This document shows positions 47,883 through 59,162 of a stretch of 64,000 nt of DNA, in pieces. This DNA is from a virus. The stretch lies in the IMG/VR virus record IMGVR_UViG_3300008111_000003; one strand, given 5' to 3'. The notes under the pieces are model-generated. The model made no database searches. It was not told where the DNA came from and saw only the letters and a program-made list of their open reading frames with translations. Positions within the stretch are counted from its first letter, which is position 1, and each line of letters starts with the position of its first letter. Position numbers and translations under genes: made by a program.

Positions 47883-48511
47883 ATATTATTATTCTTGGCG
47901 ATAAATATCAGAAAAGAATGAAATCACGAGGCTGTGTTGGTTTAATAAAGTTACAAAATAAGAACATATTACATCACCAATATAAAATACTTACCAATAA
48001 GTTTGCACTATCAAAAATAGTATATATCTACGGGTTTGATAATAAGAGATTACTATCTTATCTTGAAAAAAATAATCAAGCATATAGTCAACTTGAATTT
48101 GTTCATAATAACAGATATGATCAATATAATAATGCTTACAGTCTTTCTTTAGTTAAGGAATATCTAGACGATGATCTTTTAATAATGTTTGGAGATAAAA
48201 TTCTAACCGCTAATACCTTTAGTAAGTTTGATAGTAGTAAGTTTTCACAAATTTTTATAGATCATAATTCGCAGTCTAAACTAGGATGTATTATTCATAA
48301 TAATAAAGTAGAGAATATTTGTTATGATCTTGACAATAACCTATCTGAAATTTACTTTATTTCACGGGATCAAGCACAAGATCTAAAAAAAATAGTATCT
48401 AATCCATCATTTTACAATTACTTTGTATTTGAGCTATTAAATAAAATGATTGATTCAAATCAAACCATAGTTCCACATTTCATTAACAAAAAGACCTCTA
48501 ATGCGATATAG
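47879..48511 (+). CDS. Nucleotidyltransferase-like (LicC/MobA fold), degenerate
   Basis: IIILG...RMKS.G...L, N..Y...NN.YSL, GD. Confidence 0.65.
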   Translation: MNIIILGDKYQKRMKSRGCVGLIKLQNKNILHHQYKILTNKFALSKIVYIYGFDNKRLLSYLEKNNQAYSQLEFVHNNRYDQYNNAYSLSLVKEYLDDDLLIMFGDKILTANTFSKFDSSKFSQIFIDHNSQSKLGCIIHNNKVENICYDLDNNLSEIYFISRDQAQDLKKIVSNPSFYNYFVFELLNKMIDSNQTIVPHFINKKTSNAI

Positions 48512-48863
48512 TATATTTTCAACAGATATAGCAAAAGATATTGATCTAATAGAAAGAATAAAAACTTTTCTTTACAATAATACTGATATAGAAGACTTTT
48601 TTATTTTTAGTGATGAGACTATGTGTTTATTGCATGATCATAGTTCATTGCCAACTTTTTATACTGTAGGATATAATGGCACTATAATATTTTTGACGGT
48701 TCAAGACTATCTGTTATTCAGAGATAAGGCGAATGGGGATATAGCAGTATTTCTAAATAAAGAAGACCTATCAAATATTGATCGTAGTACGATAAAAAAT
48801 CACAAAATCATTATTGAGGATGTTGATTCGACTTTAAAATGGGTGCCGAGCTATGGATTATAA
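48501..48863 (+). CDS. Hypothetical protein
   Basis: Operon-style ORF. Confidence 0.5.
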   Translation: MRYSIFSTDIAKDIDLIERIKTFLYNNTDIEDFFIFSDETMCLLHDHSSLPTFYTVGYNGTIIFLTVQDYLLFRDKANGDIAVFLNKEDLSNIDRSTIKNHKIIIEDVDSTLKWVPSYGL

Positions 48864-49647
48864 CAAACTGTCTGATAAACAAAAAAGAGAGCTGCTTAGT
48901 AAAGAATATGAAACCAATAATAAAAGCTTTAAAGATATAGCCGATAGTGTTGGTACATACGCTAATAAGATAAGACGAGATGCTATTAAATTAGGAATAA
49001 AAATCAGAGATAAAAGCGAGGCCCAAAAGAATGCTCTTCAACGTGGAAAAGCAGTTCATCCAACAAAAGGAACAACAAGACCAGAAAGCATAAAAACTAA
49101 GATAGGGCTTGGTGTTATGCAATCATGGGAGGATATGGATGATCAAACACTGAATGATAGAAAAAATAAAGCCAGAATAAATTGGGAAAGTTTATCGCAG
49201 GATAAAAAAGATAATATTCTAAGAGAAGCTAATAGCGCTGTAAGAGAAGCTAGTAAACAAGGATCAAAACTTGAAAAGTTTCTACTGCAACAGTTGATTC
49301 AAGACGGATACAAGGTTGAATTTCATAAAGAGCAATCATTATTAAATACCAAATTGCAGATTGATCTATTTCTACCTACTCTGAATATAGCCATAGAGGT
49401 TGATGGACCATCGCACTTTAAGCCCGTATGGGGTGATGATAATCTTAAGCGTAATAAGGGTTATGATAATAAAAAGACAGGATTAATTCTTGGTAAAGGA
49501 CTCGTGCTAATAAGAATCAAACAAACCAAAGATTTTTCTAAAGCGCGAGGAATAACAATCTATAATGAACTAAAAATCCATATAGAGTCTATCAAAAACA
49601 AATTTCCGGATAAAGATAATAGGAACTTAGAAATAGGAGACAATTAA
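48853..49647 (+). CDS. Vsr/DUF559-like endonuclease with HTH and NUMOD-like region
   Basis: SKLEK, IDLFLP..NIAIEVDG..H, D..K. Confidence 0.7.
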   Translation: MDYNKLSDKQKRELLSKEYETNNKSFKDIADSVGTYANKIRRDAIKLGIKIRDKSEAQKNALQRGKAVHPTKGTTRPESIKTKIGLGVMQSWEDMDDQTLNDRKNKARINWESLSQDKKDNILREANSAVREASKQGSKLEKFLLQQLIQDGYKVEFHKEQSLLNTKLQIDLFLPTLNIAIEVDGPSHFKPVWGDDNLKRNKGYDNKKTGLILGKGLVLIRIKQTKDFSKARGITIYNELKIHIESIKNKFPDKDNRNLEIGDN

Positions 49648-50381
49648 TGGCCAGACCCAAAAAAGAAGTTACACAAACCGTTAACGATGGCATATCTTTT
49701 GAGGTTGAGGTCAATGCAAAAACTGTATCACCTAATGATTTGGAATGGACTGATCATGTATTGGGATTATTAAATGAAGATGAAAAAATTAGTGGTAATC
49801 CTACCACAGATGGATTAAGGCGTATATTTGAAAAGGTCTTAAATTGTACAGTTATAGAAGCCAGACCAGAAGTTGTTCAATCACCAGATTTGGCAAATGA
49901 ACGTCGAGCCACCGTAGTTTATAGTATAGGCTATGTTTTAAATGATCCTGATCTACCAGAGTCACTTAAATATCGGTCTGTTAGTGCCGCAGCAGACGTT
50001 TACTGGGGCAACTGTGATAAGATTTATCGTAATCATCCTGTTGCTGTTGCAGAAACGCGTGCAGAAGGACGAGCATTAAGAAAAGCTCTTAAATTACGAA
50101 AAGTTGTTACCGCTGACGAAATTGCTAAGGAAGTTGTGGATCATAGTAGCGAAAGTAGTAATAACACCATAAATACTAGCCAATTAAATTTCTTTGATGT
50201 TTTTGGTAAACGGCTAAACGTAAACATCAAAAAACTGCTAGATCACCTTGCTATTAATAGTTCTAATGTTTATAATATCTCATACGATGATGCTGTAAAA
50301 ACTATAGCCACATTGTCAGGATATCAACAAAGTAATGATATTCCAACAGAAGTTCTTGGATATGACTCCAACTGGAAGTAG
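49647..50381 (+). CDS. Putative ssDNA-annealing (Rad52/Sak-like) protein
   Basis: A.AETRA.GRALR..L motif. Confidence 0.5.
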   Translation: MARPKKEVTQTVNDGISFEVEVNAKTVSPNDLEWTDHVLGLLNEDEKISGNPTTDGLRRIFEKVLNCTVIEARPEVVQSPDLANERRATVVYSIGYVLNDPDLPESLKYRSVSAAADVYWGNCDKIYRNHPVAVAETRAEGRALRKALKLRKVVTADEIAKEVVDHSSESSNNTINTSQLNFFDVFGKRLNVNIKKLLDHLAINSSNVYNISYDDAVKTIATLSGYQQSNDIPTEVLGYDSNWK

Positions 50382-50388
50382 GTGAATT

Positions 50389-50718
50389 ATGAAAGTTAAA
50401 TATAAAGTTAGCGATAAACTAGAATTTGAATTAGAGGGAAGTGGACAAAAAGAAGTTTTTAAGGAATTAGCATTAATTCAGGAAATCTTTGGTGAGGAAT
50501 ATTGTGGACTTTGTAAAAGTCATAATCTAAAGTTTGTGGTTCGTAATGTGGAAGGTAATGACTATTATGAATTAAGATGTTCAGAATGTGGAGCATTATT
50601 AGCTTTTGGTCAACACAAAAAAGGAGGCACATTATTTCCAAAACGTAAAGATGATGATGGAAACTACTTACCAAATAAAGGTTGGCACAAATGGAGCAAA
50701 GACTCTAAGGATAAATAA
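50389..50718 (+). CDS. Zinc-finger hypothetical protein
   Basis: CGLC...CSECG. Confidence 0.6.
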   Translation: MKVKYKVSDKLEFELEGSGQKEVFKELALIQEIFGEEYCGLCKSHNLKFVVRNVEGNDYYELRCSECGALLAFGQHKKGGTLFPKRKDDDGNYLPNKGWHKWSKDSKDK

Positions 50719-53700
50719 TGAGCCCGCTTTATCTGTTGAATGGTAAATTGCTTATCAAAGACTCTAAATTGGCAACTAATGCTAATTGTTGTTGCTATAT
50801 ATGTAAACAACGTGGAACTTGCTCATGTGCAGGCGGACTAGAGATTACATATCAACAATTGTGGACAGAGGTTCAAAAATGGATAACTCTTGTAGGATCA
50901 CTATGTGAACATAGTGGTATAGTAACTCCGATAGTATGCGGAGAATGGAAACCAAATGATGCCTATCTATCTAGAGGATGTTGTACACAACAGTGTTATG
51001 ATATTTGGTATCGTCTATTAACGGATATTGGGTATGACGAACAAACTATCAACAGCACATCCCCTGCTCAATTTGATATTTTGTGTAGTGGAACGACTTT
51101 AGACCCGGCTCAGGTTCCTGGATTGCCTATTGGAATAGGCTCATGTTCGGGTTTTGCTGGCATTCCATTCGACCGGGACTATGACTATGAGTACGGAGGG
51201 TATACTGACTCATGTATCATGGATAAATATAAGCTGTTCATGCTAAGTATTGATCCAAAATTATCTGGACTACCAGTACCAAGAGCACGTATACACCCAA
51301 CACTATTCTATTTTAGTGATGGTTTTTCTAGGGAGGATAGACCAGTCACTTCATATAATGATATAGAATTTGCACATATAAAAATAGATCCTTTAGCTTT
51401 TGATGGTAACTTATGTTTTTCTAATACAGAACAAAATGTAGTTACACAATTATTTAGTTCAGGATCATATGCGCCATATTCTGGTACTACATATTATGAA
51501 AATCGGGGTGATTGTATAAGATGTTTTGGTTCTTTATATAAATTAGGTACACCTGATTTTCTAGATAGAGATACTACTGAATCATTCATGAGCGGATGCT
51601 TAATGAATCAAACTAGCGGAGATATGGTAGGTTACACAGAATTTTTTATTGGTACAAATATTATGTTATCAGGATCAGAATGTACTCAATCAAGATTTAA
51701 AGATGATATTCCTATCAAACCATATGGCATATTATTAAATGAATTAGGAAATCCAGATAATGTATTTCCAGAAGAAAATAGGGGGGAGCTTAATAATCAA
51801 GATGATAGTGAATATAAACCTGGATATATGAACCCAGCATTTACACCATCAGATATTGGAAATTTTTATTATGAAATAAATACGATAAAAAGCTCAACAT
51901 CGGGCGCAATTGTTGATGATCAACTATTTAGTGATAATCCTTATGATTATTTTTATGAATTTGAAGTATCCTATAAATATGCTATTACTTGGGATAATCC
52001 TGATAGCCTTGATCCTCCTCCGGTTTACTATCCATTTACTAATAAATGGAATATAAAATACGGTCCAATTTATCCTAATCCTAATTATACTCCAAGACAT
52101 ATTATAACATCACACAACGCTAATTATGAAAATGATCCTAGAATTCCACGACCAAGCGAATGGTGGACAAGTTCAAAATATTATCAATCTGATTCTGTAT
52201 TAGTTAGTGATTATAATTTTAAGGATATTTTATTAGAATCGGGGGTTCATTGGGGAACCACAATGACTTTAAAATGGGATAGTCCTATATTCGTAGGAAA
52301 TAATAATTATGACTATGAAGATATTCCTTTTAGATCAATCAGCGGAACAACGTTTCCTCCTGTGATAACACTTAGTACAACAGGATTAGATACTGGAGCC
52401 ACATTTAGTCCCATACTAATCGAAAAATTAGGGGTATGGAGCATATCGGGTGTTGAAATATCTGGTAATGCCAATAACTATGAAAATAATCAGAAGTTAA
52501 AAATAGAAGTATCAGATGGTGATACTATTGAAGAAAATGCTATTATAAAACTATTAACACAACCTTCTGGTACAATATCAGATGAGCAACCCTCATTAAT
52601 TGCTAAAATTAGTGGCTCAAATCAATCGGCTAATATTACTACTACATGGAGTAAATTAGAAAATAACCATTGGCAACCATCTTTCGAGTTGACTAATAAA
52701 GGAGCTAATTATAGCGATTTAATCATACCAATAGTATTTCATACTGGCATAGCAACACAAACAGTAATTCCATCAGTTGGAAGTGCGGTACTAAATACTG
52801 TAGTTCCTACATTTACTATAAATATAATTACTAGTACCGGATCTGGGGCACAGTTAAATATAAATAATATACTAAAAAACATACCGGAGGGCCCGTATCG
52901 TAATCCTTGGGACCCGGCGGATCAATGGAAATTACGCCCAAAATCATGGTTTTTTGAATTTAGAAGTTATGCTTACCCTGGAGAAGGTCCATGGATTAGT
53001 ACTGGTTCTGGTTATACTAATCAAGATTATATAGAAATTATTGTGCAGCCAGAGTCAACCATACTAGGCAATAATGTTGGATCTACGATTCAAAGATCTG
53101 CTCCTAATATATGGAGAATAAATTTAGATGTAAATAATAATGGAAGTATTAAAACCGTATTTCCAGGATTACCCATCAACCCATATACAGAAAATTTTTG
53201 TCTCAAAACACAACAAATAAATAGTATATATTTTATAGATACAATAGGCTATTATGATTATTATGAACCCCCCAGAACAACTTATGGGGAATATTATAGA
53301 GAATCATTAGGTGAAATTCCTGCTACGATACTAATTGAAAATAGTGGGAAATATTATAGAGAGATGGTTGATAAAAATTTCTCTATAAAACCTATTAGCG
53401 GTCCATGTATTAAAAATATTAAGATGGATATATGGCATCCTGGACCATGTGGGATAAATGAAGAACTCAAAGCAGAAACTAGTATTGGAACTCCATGGGA
53501 ATCACCTCATAGTGGAATGAATATTACTATACAAAATTCTGAATTAATAGATCCTAACGCCAATTTTTTAAATACAAAATGGTTAAAAAATCATACATTT
53601 ATAGATCCACAAAGAAGTGTATCATCATCTGGCTATGATTTGGATAATCAATATCTATTACTATTCAAGGAAGATACGACACTAAAATATAGAGTAAAAC

Positions 53701-54563
53701 AAGTATTAAGTAATACTAGACTTAAACTAGAAACCTTGGCGGGCGAACCAGCATATGATGAGATAAATAGTAATAATTCTTACTATATTGGCGGTAAATA
53801 TTATGGTAATTTAGAACAATTTTATTATTTTAAAACTTGGCAAAATGATCTCGGAGTAGACCAGTGCCCCGCTTTTGTGGGTAGCTATGGGTACAATTAT
53901 ATAATAAATCCTGGTGGTAGTGAGCTATATAATGGCGCTACTTTCGAACCAATGTATTGGGAATATGCATGTCCTTGTGGTTTCTTAACAAATATGGTTC
54001 TAAGAGTGATTAAAACTGAGGCGTGTAATGCTGCATATTATGATAATGATAAGTATTTCTTTCCTAGAGAGTGGTGGACCATATATGTTCAACACGATGG
54101 AACAAATTTGCTAACCAATAATTCTTTTCCCCTTAAGATATTTAAAACTAGTTGTCAAGAATCTACTAATAGTAATACTTTTTTCTGTAGTATGGCTACT
54201 GATTTTACATTAACTGGTGCGGCTCCGGATAATAAAGTGATACCGTGGGGAACTTTTGAAAATTATGGTGTAAATCCTTGTAGATATGACCTGGAAAACG
54301 ATCCCTATTTTTGGGAAGATGATACTTACATTAGCATACTACCATCAACAAATATTGAACTTATTGATGATCAGTTAGCTTGTATCGATCTGGAAGATTG
54401 TATTGCGAATGGGTACGGCTATTATCATCACCCAACGGTCCCGGATTATGCCGACATGGAAGATCTTTTTATCAGATGTGATCAAACAGAACCAACAGGC
54501 GTATGGGCATCTGGCTATTATATCACAAGCTACTCACTCTTCCCATGTTCTGGAGGATATTAG
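50718..54563 (+). CDS. Large Cys/Tyr/Pro-rich protein, probably virion-associated
   Basis: 1281-aa ORF; N-terminal NANCCC; repeated G.GA...I...G.GY modules. Confidence 0.6.
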   Translation: MSPLYLLNGKLLIKDSKLATNANCCCYICKQRGTCSCAGGLEITYQQLWTEVQKWITLVGSLCEHSGIVTPIVCGEWKPNDAYLSRGCCTQQCYDIWYRLLTDIGYDEQTINSTSPAQFDILCSGTTLDPAQVPGLPIGIGSCSGFAGIPFDRDYDYEYGGYTDSCIMDKYKLFMLSIDPKLSGLPVPRARIHPTLFYFSDGFSREDRPVTSYNDIEFAHIKIDPLAFDGNLCFSNTEQNVVTQLFSSGSYAPYSGTTYYENRGDCIRCFGSLYKLGTPDFLDRDTTESFMSGCLMNQTSGDMVGYTEFFIGTNIMLSGSECTQSRFKDDIPIKPYGILLNELGNPDNVFPEENRGELNNQDDSEYKPGYMNPAFTPSDIGNFYYEINTIKSSTSGAIVDDQLFSDNPYDYFYEFEVSYKYAITWDNPDSLDPPPVYYPFTNKWNIKYGPIYPNPNYTPRHIITSHNANYENDPRIPRPSEWWTSSKYYQSDSVLVSDYNFKDILLESGVHWGTTMTLKWDSPIFVGNNNYDYEDIPFRSISGTTFPPVITLSTTGLDTGATFSPILIEKLGVWSISGVEISGNANNYENNQKLKIEVSDGDTIEENAIIKLLTQPSGTISDEQPSLIAKISGSNQSANITTTWSKLENNHWQPSFELTNKGANYSDLIIPIVFHTGIATQTVIPSVGSAVLNTVVPTFTINIITSTGSGAQLNINNILKNIPEGPYRNPWDPADQWKLRPKSWFFEFRSYAYPGEGPWISTGSGYTNQDYIEIIVQPESTILGNNVGSTIQRSAPNIWRINLDVNNNGSIKTVFPGLPINPYTENFCLKTQQINSIYFIDTIGYYDYYEPPRTTYGEYYRESLGEIPATILIENSGKYYREMVDKNFSIKPISGPCIKNIKMDIWHPGPCGINEELKAETSIGTPWESPHSGMNITIQNSELIDPNANFLNTKWLKNHTFIDPQRSVSSSGYDLDNQYLLLFKEDTTLKYRVKQVLSNTRLKLETLAGEPAYDEINSNNSYYIGGKYYGNLEQFYYFKTWQNDLGVDQCPAFVGSYGYNYIINPGGSELYNGATFEPMYWEYACPCGFLTNMVLRVIKTEACNAAYYDNDKYFFPREWWTIYVQHDGTNLLTNNSFPLKIFKTSCQESTNSNTFFCSMATDFTLTGAAPDNKVIPWGTFENYGVNPCRYDLENDPYFWEDDTYISILPSTNIELIDDQLACIDLEDCIANGYGYYHHPTVPDYADMEDLFIRCDQTEPTGVWASGYYITSYSLFPCSGGY

Positions 54564-54626
54564 TTATTTATATTTCGCAAGATGTTGTATTGATCCATCT
54601 TAACCACAAATGAAATAGAAAATAAA

Positions 54627-56267
54627 ATGAATAAAAACAATAATAGAATAGTATTCATAACAGGTATCTGGGATCTAAATAGAGATACTAGCAAACCTGA
54701 ATGGCAGAGATCCTTTGATCATTATGTAACTAATTTTATTAGATTATTATCTGAAATGAAAGATCATAATTTAATTATTTTTATAGATCCATCATTAGAA
54801 GATTTGATATGGAAATATAGAGAAAAAAATAATACAAAAATCTATTATCATTCTAAGGACCAGTTTAAAGGATCTTTTTTTCCATTTTTTGATCAAGTTC
54901 AAGAGATTAGAAATAATCCAGAGTGGTATAATCAAGTTGGCTGGTTAAAAGATAGTACTCAAGCCTCACTGGAATATTATAATCCCATGGTAATGAGTAA
55001 GATGTTTTTATTACACAATGCTAAACTATTTAATCCATTTGATAGTGAATATTTTTATTGGATAGATGGTGGAATAACCAATACTCTGAGTTTGGGTTAT
55101 TTTCATAATCAAACAGTATTAAATAATCTAATTAGTCTTAGTTCTAAATTTTTATTCATATGTTTTCCATATGAAACAAATAGCGAGATTCATGGATTTA
55201 ATATTGACGGAATGAGAAAATATGCCAACAATGAAAATGTTAATAGAGTAGCTCGTGGTGGATTTTTTGGAGGTCACAAAAGCCATATTAGTGAAGCAAA
55301 TAACCTATACTACAATTTACTAAATTCTACTCTTAATGACGGATATATGGGAACTGAAGAAAGTATCTTTACGTTGATGACATATTTAGATCCGTATACC
55401 TATAATTTTGAAACTATTAATGATGATGGATTAATATATACTTTCTTTGAGAAGTTACAAAATAATAGTTATAGTAATAGAATTAAAAATAGAGTTAATC
55501 TATATATCAATACATTTAACTCTCCTGATCAATTACAGCTATTATTAGACTCTTTTGAAAAATATACTCCGGAATTTCTAAATAATTCTGTAGAAAAAAT
55601 ACTAATAAATAATAGTACACATACTGATCTATTTGAACAATATGATACTATATCAGCAAAATATAATTTAGCAGAAAAAAGGATGGGGAATTTAGGAATT
55701 TGTGGGGCCAGACAATGGGCCGCAGAACATTTTGATCAATCATCCTCTGACTTTATGGTGTTTTTTGAGGATGATATGCTTATGGACCTGAATGGTTTTT
55801 GTGCATTTGGATTCAATAAGAACACGAATAGATTGTATAGTACCGTTATAGATATTATGAATAAAGAAAATTATGACTTTCTGAAATTCAGTTTTAGTGA
55901 ATTTTATGGTCATAATGGAGATCAGTGGAGTTGGCATAATGTTCCAGAAACTAGAAAAAATGAATATTTTGGCAACAATTTAACAAAAAAACCACCAACA
56001 CTATTTCATAATATTAAGAGCTTAAATGGAATACCATATGCTGCTGGAGAGATTTACTATAGTAACTGGCCTCTTATAATAAATAAAGAAGGTAATAGGA
56101 AATGTTTTTTGGATACAAAATGGGCTCGGCCATATGAACAAACATGGATGAGTCATATTTATACTTTAACTAAAGAGAAAAGAGTAAAACCAGCAATACT
56201 ATTAGCTAGTCCCATAACACATAATAGAGTATATCATTATCATGGATCAGAACGAAAAGAAAATTGA
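54627..56267 (+). CDS. HtrL/YibB-like glycosyltransferase fused to a GT-A-like domain
   Basis: NPFDSEYFYWIDGG, GGFFGG, GTEESIF; second domain G....RQ, FFEDD. Confidence 0.7.
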   Translation: MNKNNNRIVFITGIWDLNRDTSKPEWQRSFDHYVTNFIRLLSEMKDHNLIIFIDPSLEDLIWKYREKNNTKIYYHSKDQFKGSFFPFFDQVQEIRNNPEWYNQVGWLKDSTQASLEYYNPMVMSKMFLLHNAKLFNPFDSEYFYWIDGGITNTLSLGYFHNQTVLNNLISLSSKFLFICFPYETNSEIHGFNIDGMRKYANNENVNRVARGGFFGGHKSHISEANNLYYNLLNSTLNDGYMGTEESIFTLMTYLDPYTYNFETINDDGLIYTFFEKLQNNSYSNRIKNRVNLYINTFNSPDQLQLLLDSFEKYTPEFLNNSVEKILINNSTHTDLFEQYDTISAKYNLAEKRMGNLGICGARQWAAEHFDQSSSDFMVFFEDDMLMDLNGFCAFGFNKNTNRLYSTVIDIMNKENYDFLKFSFSEFYGHNGDQWSWHNVPETRKNEYFGNNLTKKPPTLFHNIKSLNGIPYAAGEIYYSNWPLIINKEGNRKCFLDTKWARPYEQTWMSHIYTLTKEKRVKPAILLASPITHNRVYHYHGSERKEN

Positions 56268-57516
56268 TACAATCTTTATTCAGATAGCCTCCTACAGAGA
56301 TCCTCAATTATTATACACAATTAAAGATTGTTTAGATAAAGCACAATATCCAGAAAATTTAAGATTTGCTATTTGTTGGCAGCATTGTGATAATGATACT
56401 TGGGATCATCTTAATGACTATATTTATGATAGTAGATTTAAAATTATAGATATAGACTACAAAGACAGTAAAGGAGTTTGTTGGGCTAGAAATTTGGTTC
56501 AAAACTTATACCAGGGAGAAACCTATACGCTACAAATAGATAGTCATCATAGGTTTGCACAAAATTGGGATACAACACTAATAGAGATGTTGAAATCACT
56601 ACAGGATAAAGGATATCACAAACCACTTATTACTGCCTATATTCCAAGTTTTGATCCAGATAATGATCCTGCGGCCAGAGTTCAGGAACCTTGGAAGATG
56701 ACCTTTGATAGATTTATACCAGAAGGAGCAGTATTCTTCCTTCCTGCGTCATTTAATCCAACAATCGATAAATTAGATGAACCATTAATGGGACGGTTCT
56801 ATAGTGCTCATTTTGCGTTTACTCTTGGAATATTTTCTAAAGAAGTAAAACATGATCCAGAATACTATTTTCATGGTGAAGAAATTAGCATAGCAGCAAG
56901 AGCATTTACTCATGGTTATGATATCTTTTATCCTCATAAAGTAGTTTGCTGGCATGAATATACCAGAAAAGGACGAAGCAAACAGTGGGATGATGATAAA
57001 TATTGGGTAGATCGTAATAATCATTGTCACCTAAGAAATAGAAAACTATTTGGTATGGATGGATTAGTTAACGATATTGATTTTGGTAAATATGGATTTG
57101 GCGATATACGATCATTAAGAGATTATGAAAAATATGCTGGATTAAATTTTAGTACCAGATCAATTACTCAAGATGTGGTTGATCATAAACCTCCCAAATT
57201 GGACAATATGCTTATTGATGATTCCACCTTTAAGGGTAGTCTATTAAATATTTTTAAACATTGTATTGATATAGGATATAATCAAGTTCCACTAGAAGAC
57301 TATGATTTTTGGGCTGTTGCTTTTAAGGATGAAAATGGACACGATATGTATAGACACGATGCTGATAAAGATGAAATTATAAGAATGAAAAATGATCCTG
57401 ATGGATATTGTAAAGTATGGAGAACCTTTGAAACCTCTAAAAGACCATCTAGTTGGTTAGTTTGGCCTCATAGTGCTAGCCAAGGATGGAGTGAACCAAT
57501 AATAGGAAATATATAA
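56242..57516 (+). CDS. GT60-type polypeptide/Skp1 GlcNAc-transferase
   Basis: IFIQIASYRD, S.G.CWAR, LQIDSH.RF...WD, F.GEE....RAFT.G.D...P.....H.Y.R. Confidence 0.8.
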   Translation: MDQNEKKIDTIFIQIASYRDPQLLYTIKDCLDKAQYPENLRFAICWQHCDNDTWDHLNDYIYDSRFKIIDIDYKDSKGVCWARNLVQNLYQGETYTLQIDSHHRFAQNWDTTLIEMLKSLQDKGYHKPLITAYIPSFDPDNDPAARVQEPWKMTFDRFIPEGAVFFLPASFNPTIDKLDEPLMGRFYSAHFAFTLGIFSKEVKHDPEYYFHGEEISIAARAFTHGYDIFYPHKVVCWHEYTRKGRSKQWDDDKYWVDRNNHCHLRNRKLFGMDGLVNDIDFGKYGFGDIRSLRDYEKYAGLNFSTRSITQDVVDHKPPKLDNMLIDDSTFKGSLLNIFKHCIDIGYNQVPLEDYDFWAVAFKDENGHDMYRHDADKDEIIRMKNDPDGYCKVWRTFETSKRPSSWLVWPHSASQGWSEPIIGNI

Positions 57517-58127
57517 TGAATGGTGGATTTGTATATAATAACCTTTATATTAGTCAGCATCCTGATACTCCAAAGGTTTTTAAAACTTTTTTGAATACTG
57601 TTAGACCAAATAGAATATTAGAAATTGGTACTTTTCATGGAGGATTAACAATATTATTAAGAGATATTCTAGATGAGTTAGGTTTACAAGACAACACAAT
57701 AAGAACCTATGATATTAATGAACAAATTTTTCTAAAGCCATTAATACAAGATAGAAATATTGATATTTTTACCAAAAATTTATTTACTGTGAATTATGCT
57801 GATTGGTATAACGAATCTAGTAAACAGGAAATATACGATTACTTAATTCAAGATGGAGTTTCTTTGATTTTATGTGATGGTGGTTGTAAAAGGTGCGAAT
57901 TTAATCTAATTTCTCCGCTCCTTAAAAGTGGAGATATTATTATGGCACACGATTATGCTCCAAATAGTGAATATTTTGAAAAATATATAAAAGATAAGAT
58001 ATGGAATTGGCATGAGATACAAGATAAAGATATAATAGAAGTAAGTGAACAATATGGCTTAGAGCCCTTTTGTCAAGAACTAATGCAAAATATAGCGTGG
58101 TGCAGTAGAAGGAGGGAAAATGGATGA
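57516..58127 (+). CDS. SAM-dependent methyltransferase (CmcI/Methyltransf_24-like)
   Basis: ILEIGT..GG.T, CDGG, LKSGD.I.AHD. Confidence 0.75.
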   Translation: MNGGFVYNNLYISQHPDTPKVFKTFLNTVRPNRILEIGTFHGGLTILLRDILDELGLQDNTIRTYDINEQIFLKPLIQDRNIDIFTKNLFTVNYADWYNESSKQEIYDYLIQDGVSLILCDGGCKRCEFNLISPLLKSGDIIMAHDYAPNSEYFEKYIKDKIWNWHEIQDKDIIEVSEQYGLEPFCQELMQNIAWCSRRRENG

Positions 58128-59151
58128 GATATGGGTGGCCGGGTATCCTTCATTTGTTGGCGGTGCAGATACTGAGCTTGATCATAATATAGACTTATGG
58201 AGAATGCACAACATCGATGTTAATCTTGTGCCTATGTTTGGTTGTGATAAAAAAATGAAATCTTTATGTGATAAAAGAGGGTGCAAAACTATCGAATATA
58301 GTAAAGATATCTTTAGGGATAAAGTTGTAGTATCTTTTTGTAATGGAGAGTTCTTAAAAAAATTACCAGAAATAATGGAGTATGGAAAACCTAAAAGGGT
58401 CATATGGTTCAACTGTATGACATGGTTATTTGATAATGAAATAATAGCAATTAATAATAATTGGATAGATTTTCATGGGTTTGTTTCAGAATATCAAAAA
58501 AATATGCTATTAGAACAAATTCAACAAAAGACTGATAAAAATATCAATATTCTTGAAGGATATAAACCATACTTTAATCCTAATAATTTAAGTCAAAATT
58601 TAGTATTTTCTTATCGAAAACCAAGTGATTATTTTTGTATGGGTAGGGTTTCAAGGGATGATGCGTCAAAATTTTCTTCAGATATGTGGAATATATTTTA
58701 TAAGGTTAATTCTCCGTTACCTACAAAAACTTTTATATTGGGTTTTGGAGAGAATGCATTTAAAAAATGTGGTCAGGCACCAAACGGATTAGATTGGCAA
58801 ACATGGAGTCCCGGAGCGATACCAGTTAAAGAACTATATAATAAATTGCATTGTTTGATTCATAAAACAGGCGGCAGTAGAGAAAGTTATTGTAGGATTG
58901 TGCCTGAATGTTATGCTGCTGGAGTTCCTATTATAGCAGAGAATAACTATGCATTTAAAGAATTGGTAATAAATGAAGAAACCGGATTTCTCTGTGAAAG
59001 TTCAGACGAAATGAGTTATAGAGCAAGCGAACTAGCATTTGATGAAAAATTAAGAAAAAAAATAATTTATAATGCTTATAATTATCTGATGGATTGTATA
59101 TCTAACAAAAAACAATGCATAAGATGTTGGATGAATATATTTAATCAATAA
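58120..59151 (+). CDS. Glycosyltransferase family 4
   Basis: GGA.TE, GR.SR....K, RES..R...EC.A.G.P, ETGFL. Confidence 0.75.
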   Translation: MDEIWVAGYPSFVGGADTELDHNIDLWRMHNIDVNLVPMFGCDKKMKSLCDKRGCKTIEYSKDIFRDKVVVSFCNGEFLKKLPEIMEYGKPKRVIWFNCMTWLFDNEIIAINNNWIDFHGFVSEYQKNMLLEQIQQKTDKNINILEGYKPYFNPNNLSQNLVFSYRKPSDYFCMGRVSRDDASKFSSDMWNIFYKVNSPLPTKTFILGFGENAFKKCGQAPNGLDWQTWSPGAIPVKELYNKLHCLIHKTGGSRESYCRIVPECYAAGVPIIAENNYAFKELVINEETGFLCESSDEMSYRASELAFDEKLRKKIIYNAYNYLMDCISNKKQCIRCWMNIFNQ

Positions 59152-59162
59152 AGGAGAAATAA

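Noticed and set aside
345-58412. Numerous short minus-strand ORFs in the ORF track
   Set aside because: They lie within well-supported plus-strand genes and show no SD or motifs. 40765..41049 is notable only for the GPGRGS element, reported as a non-coding feature.
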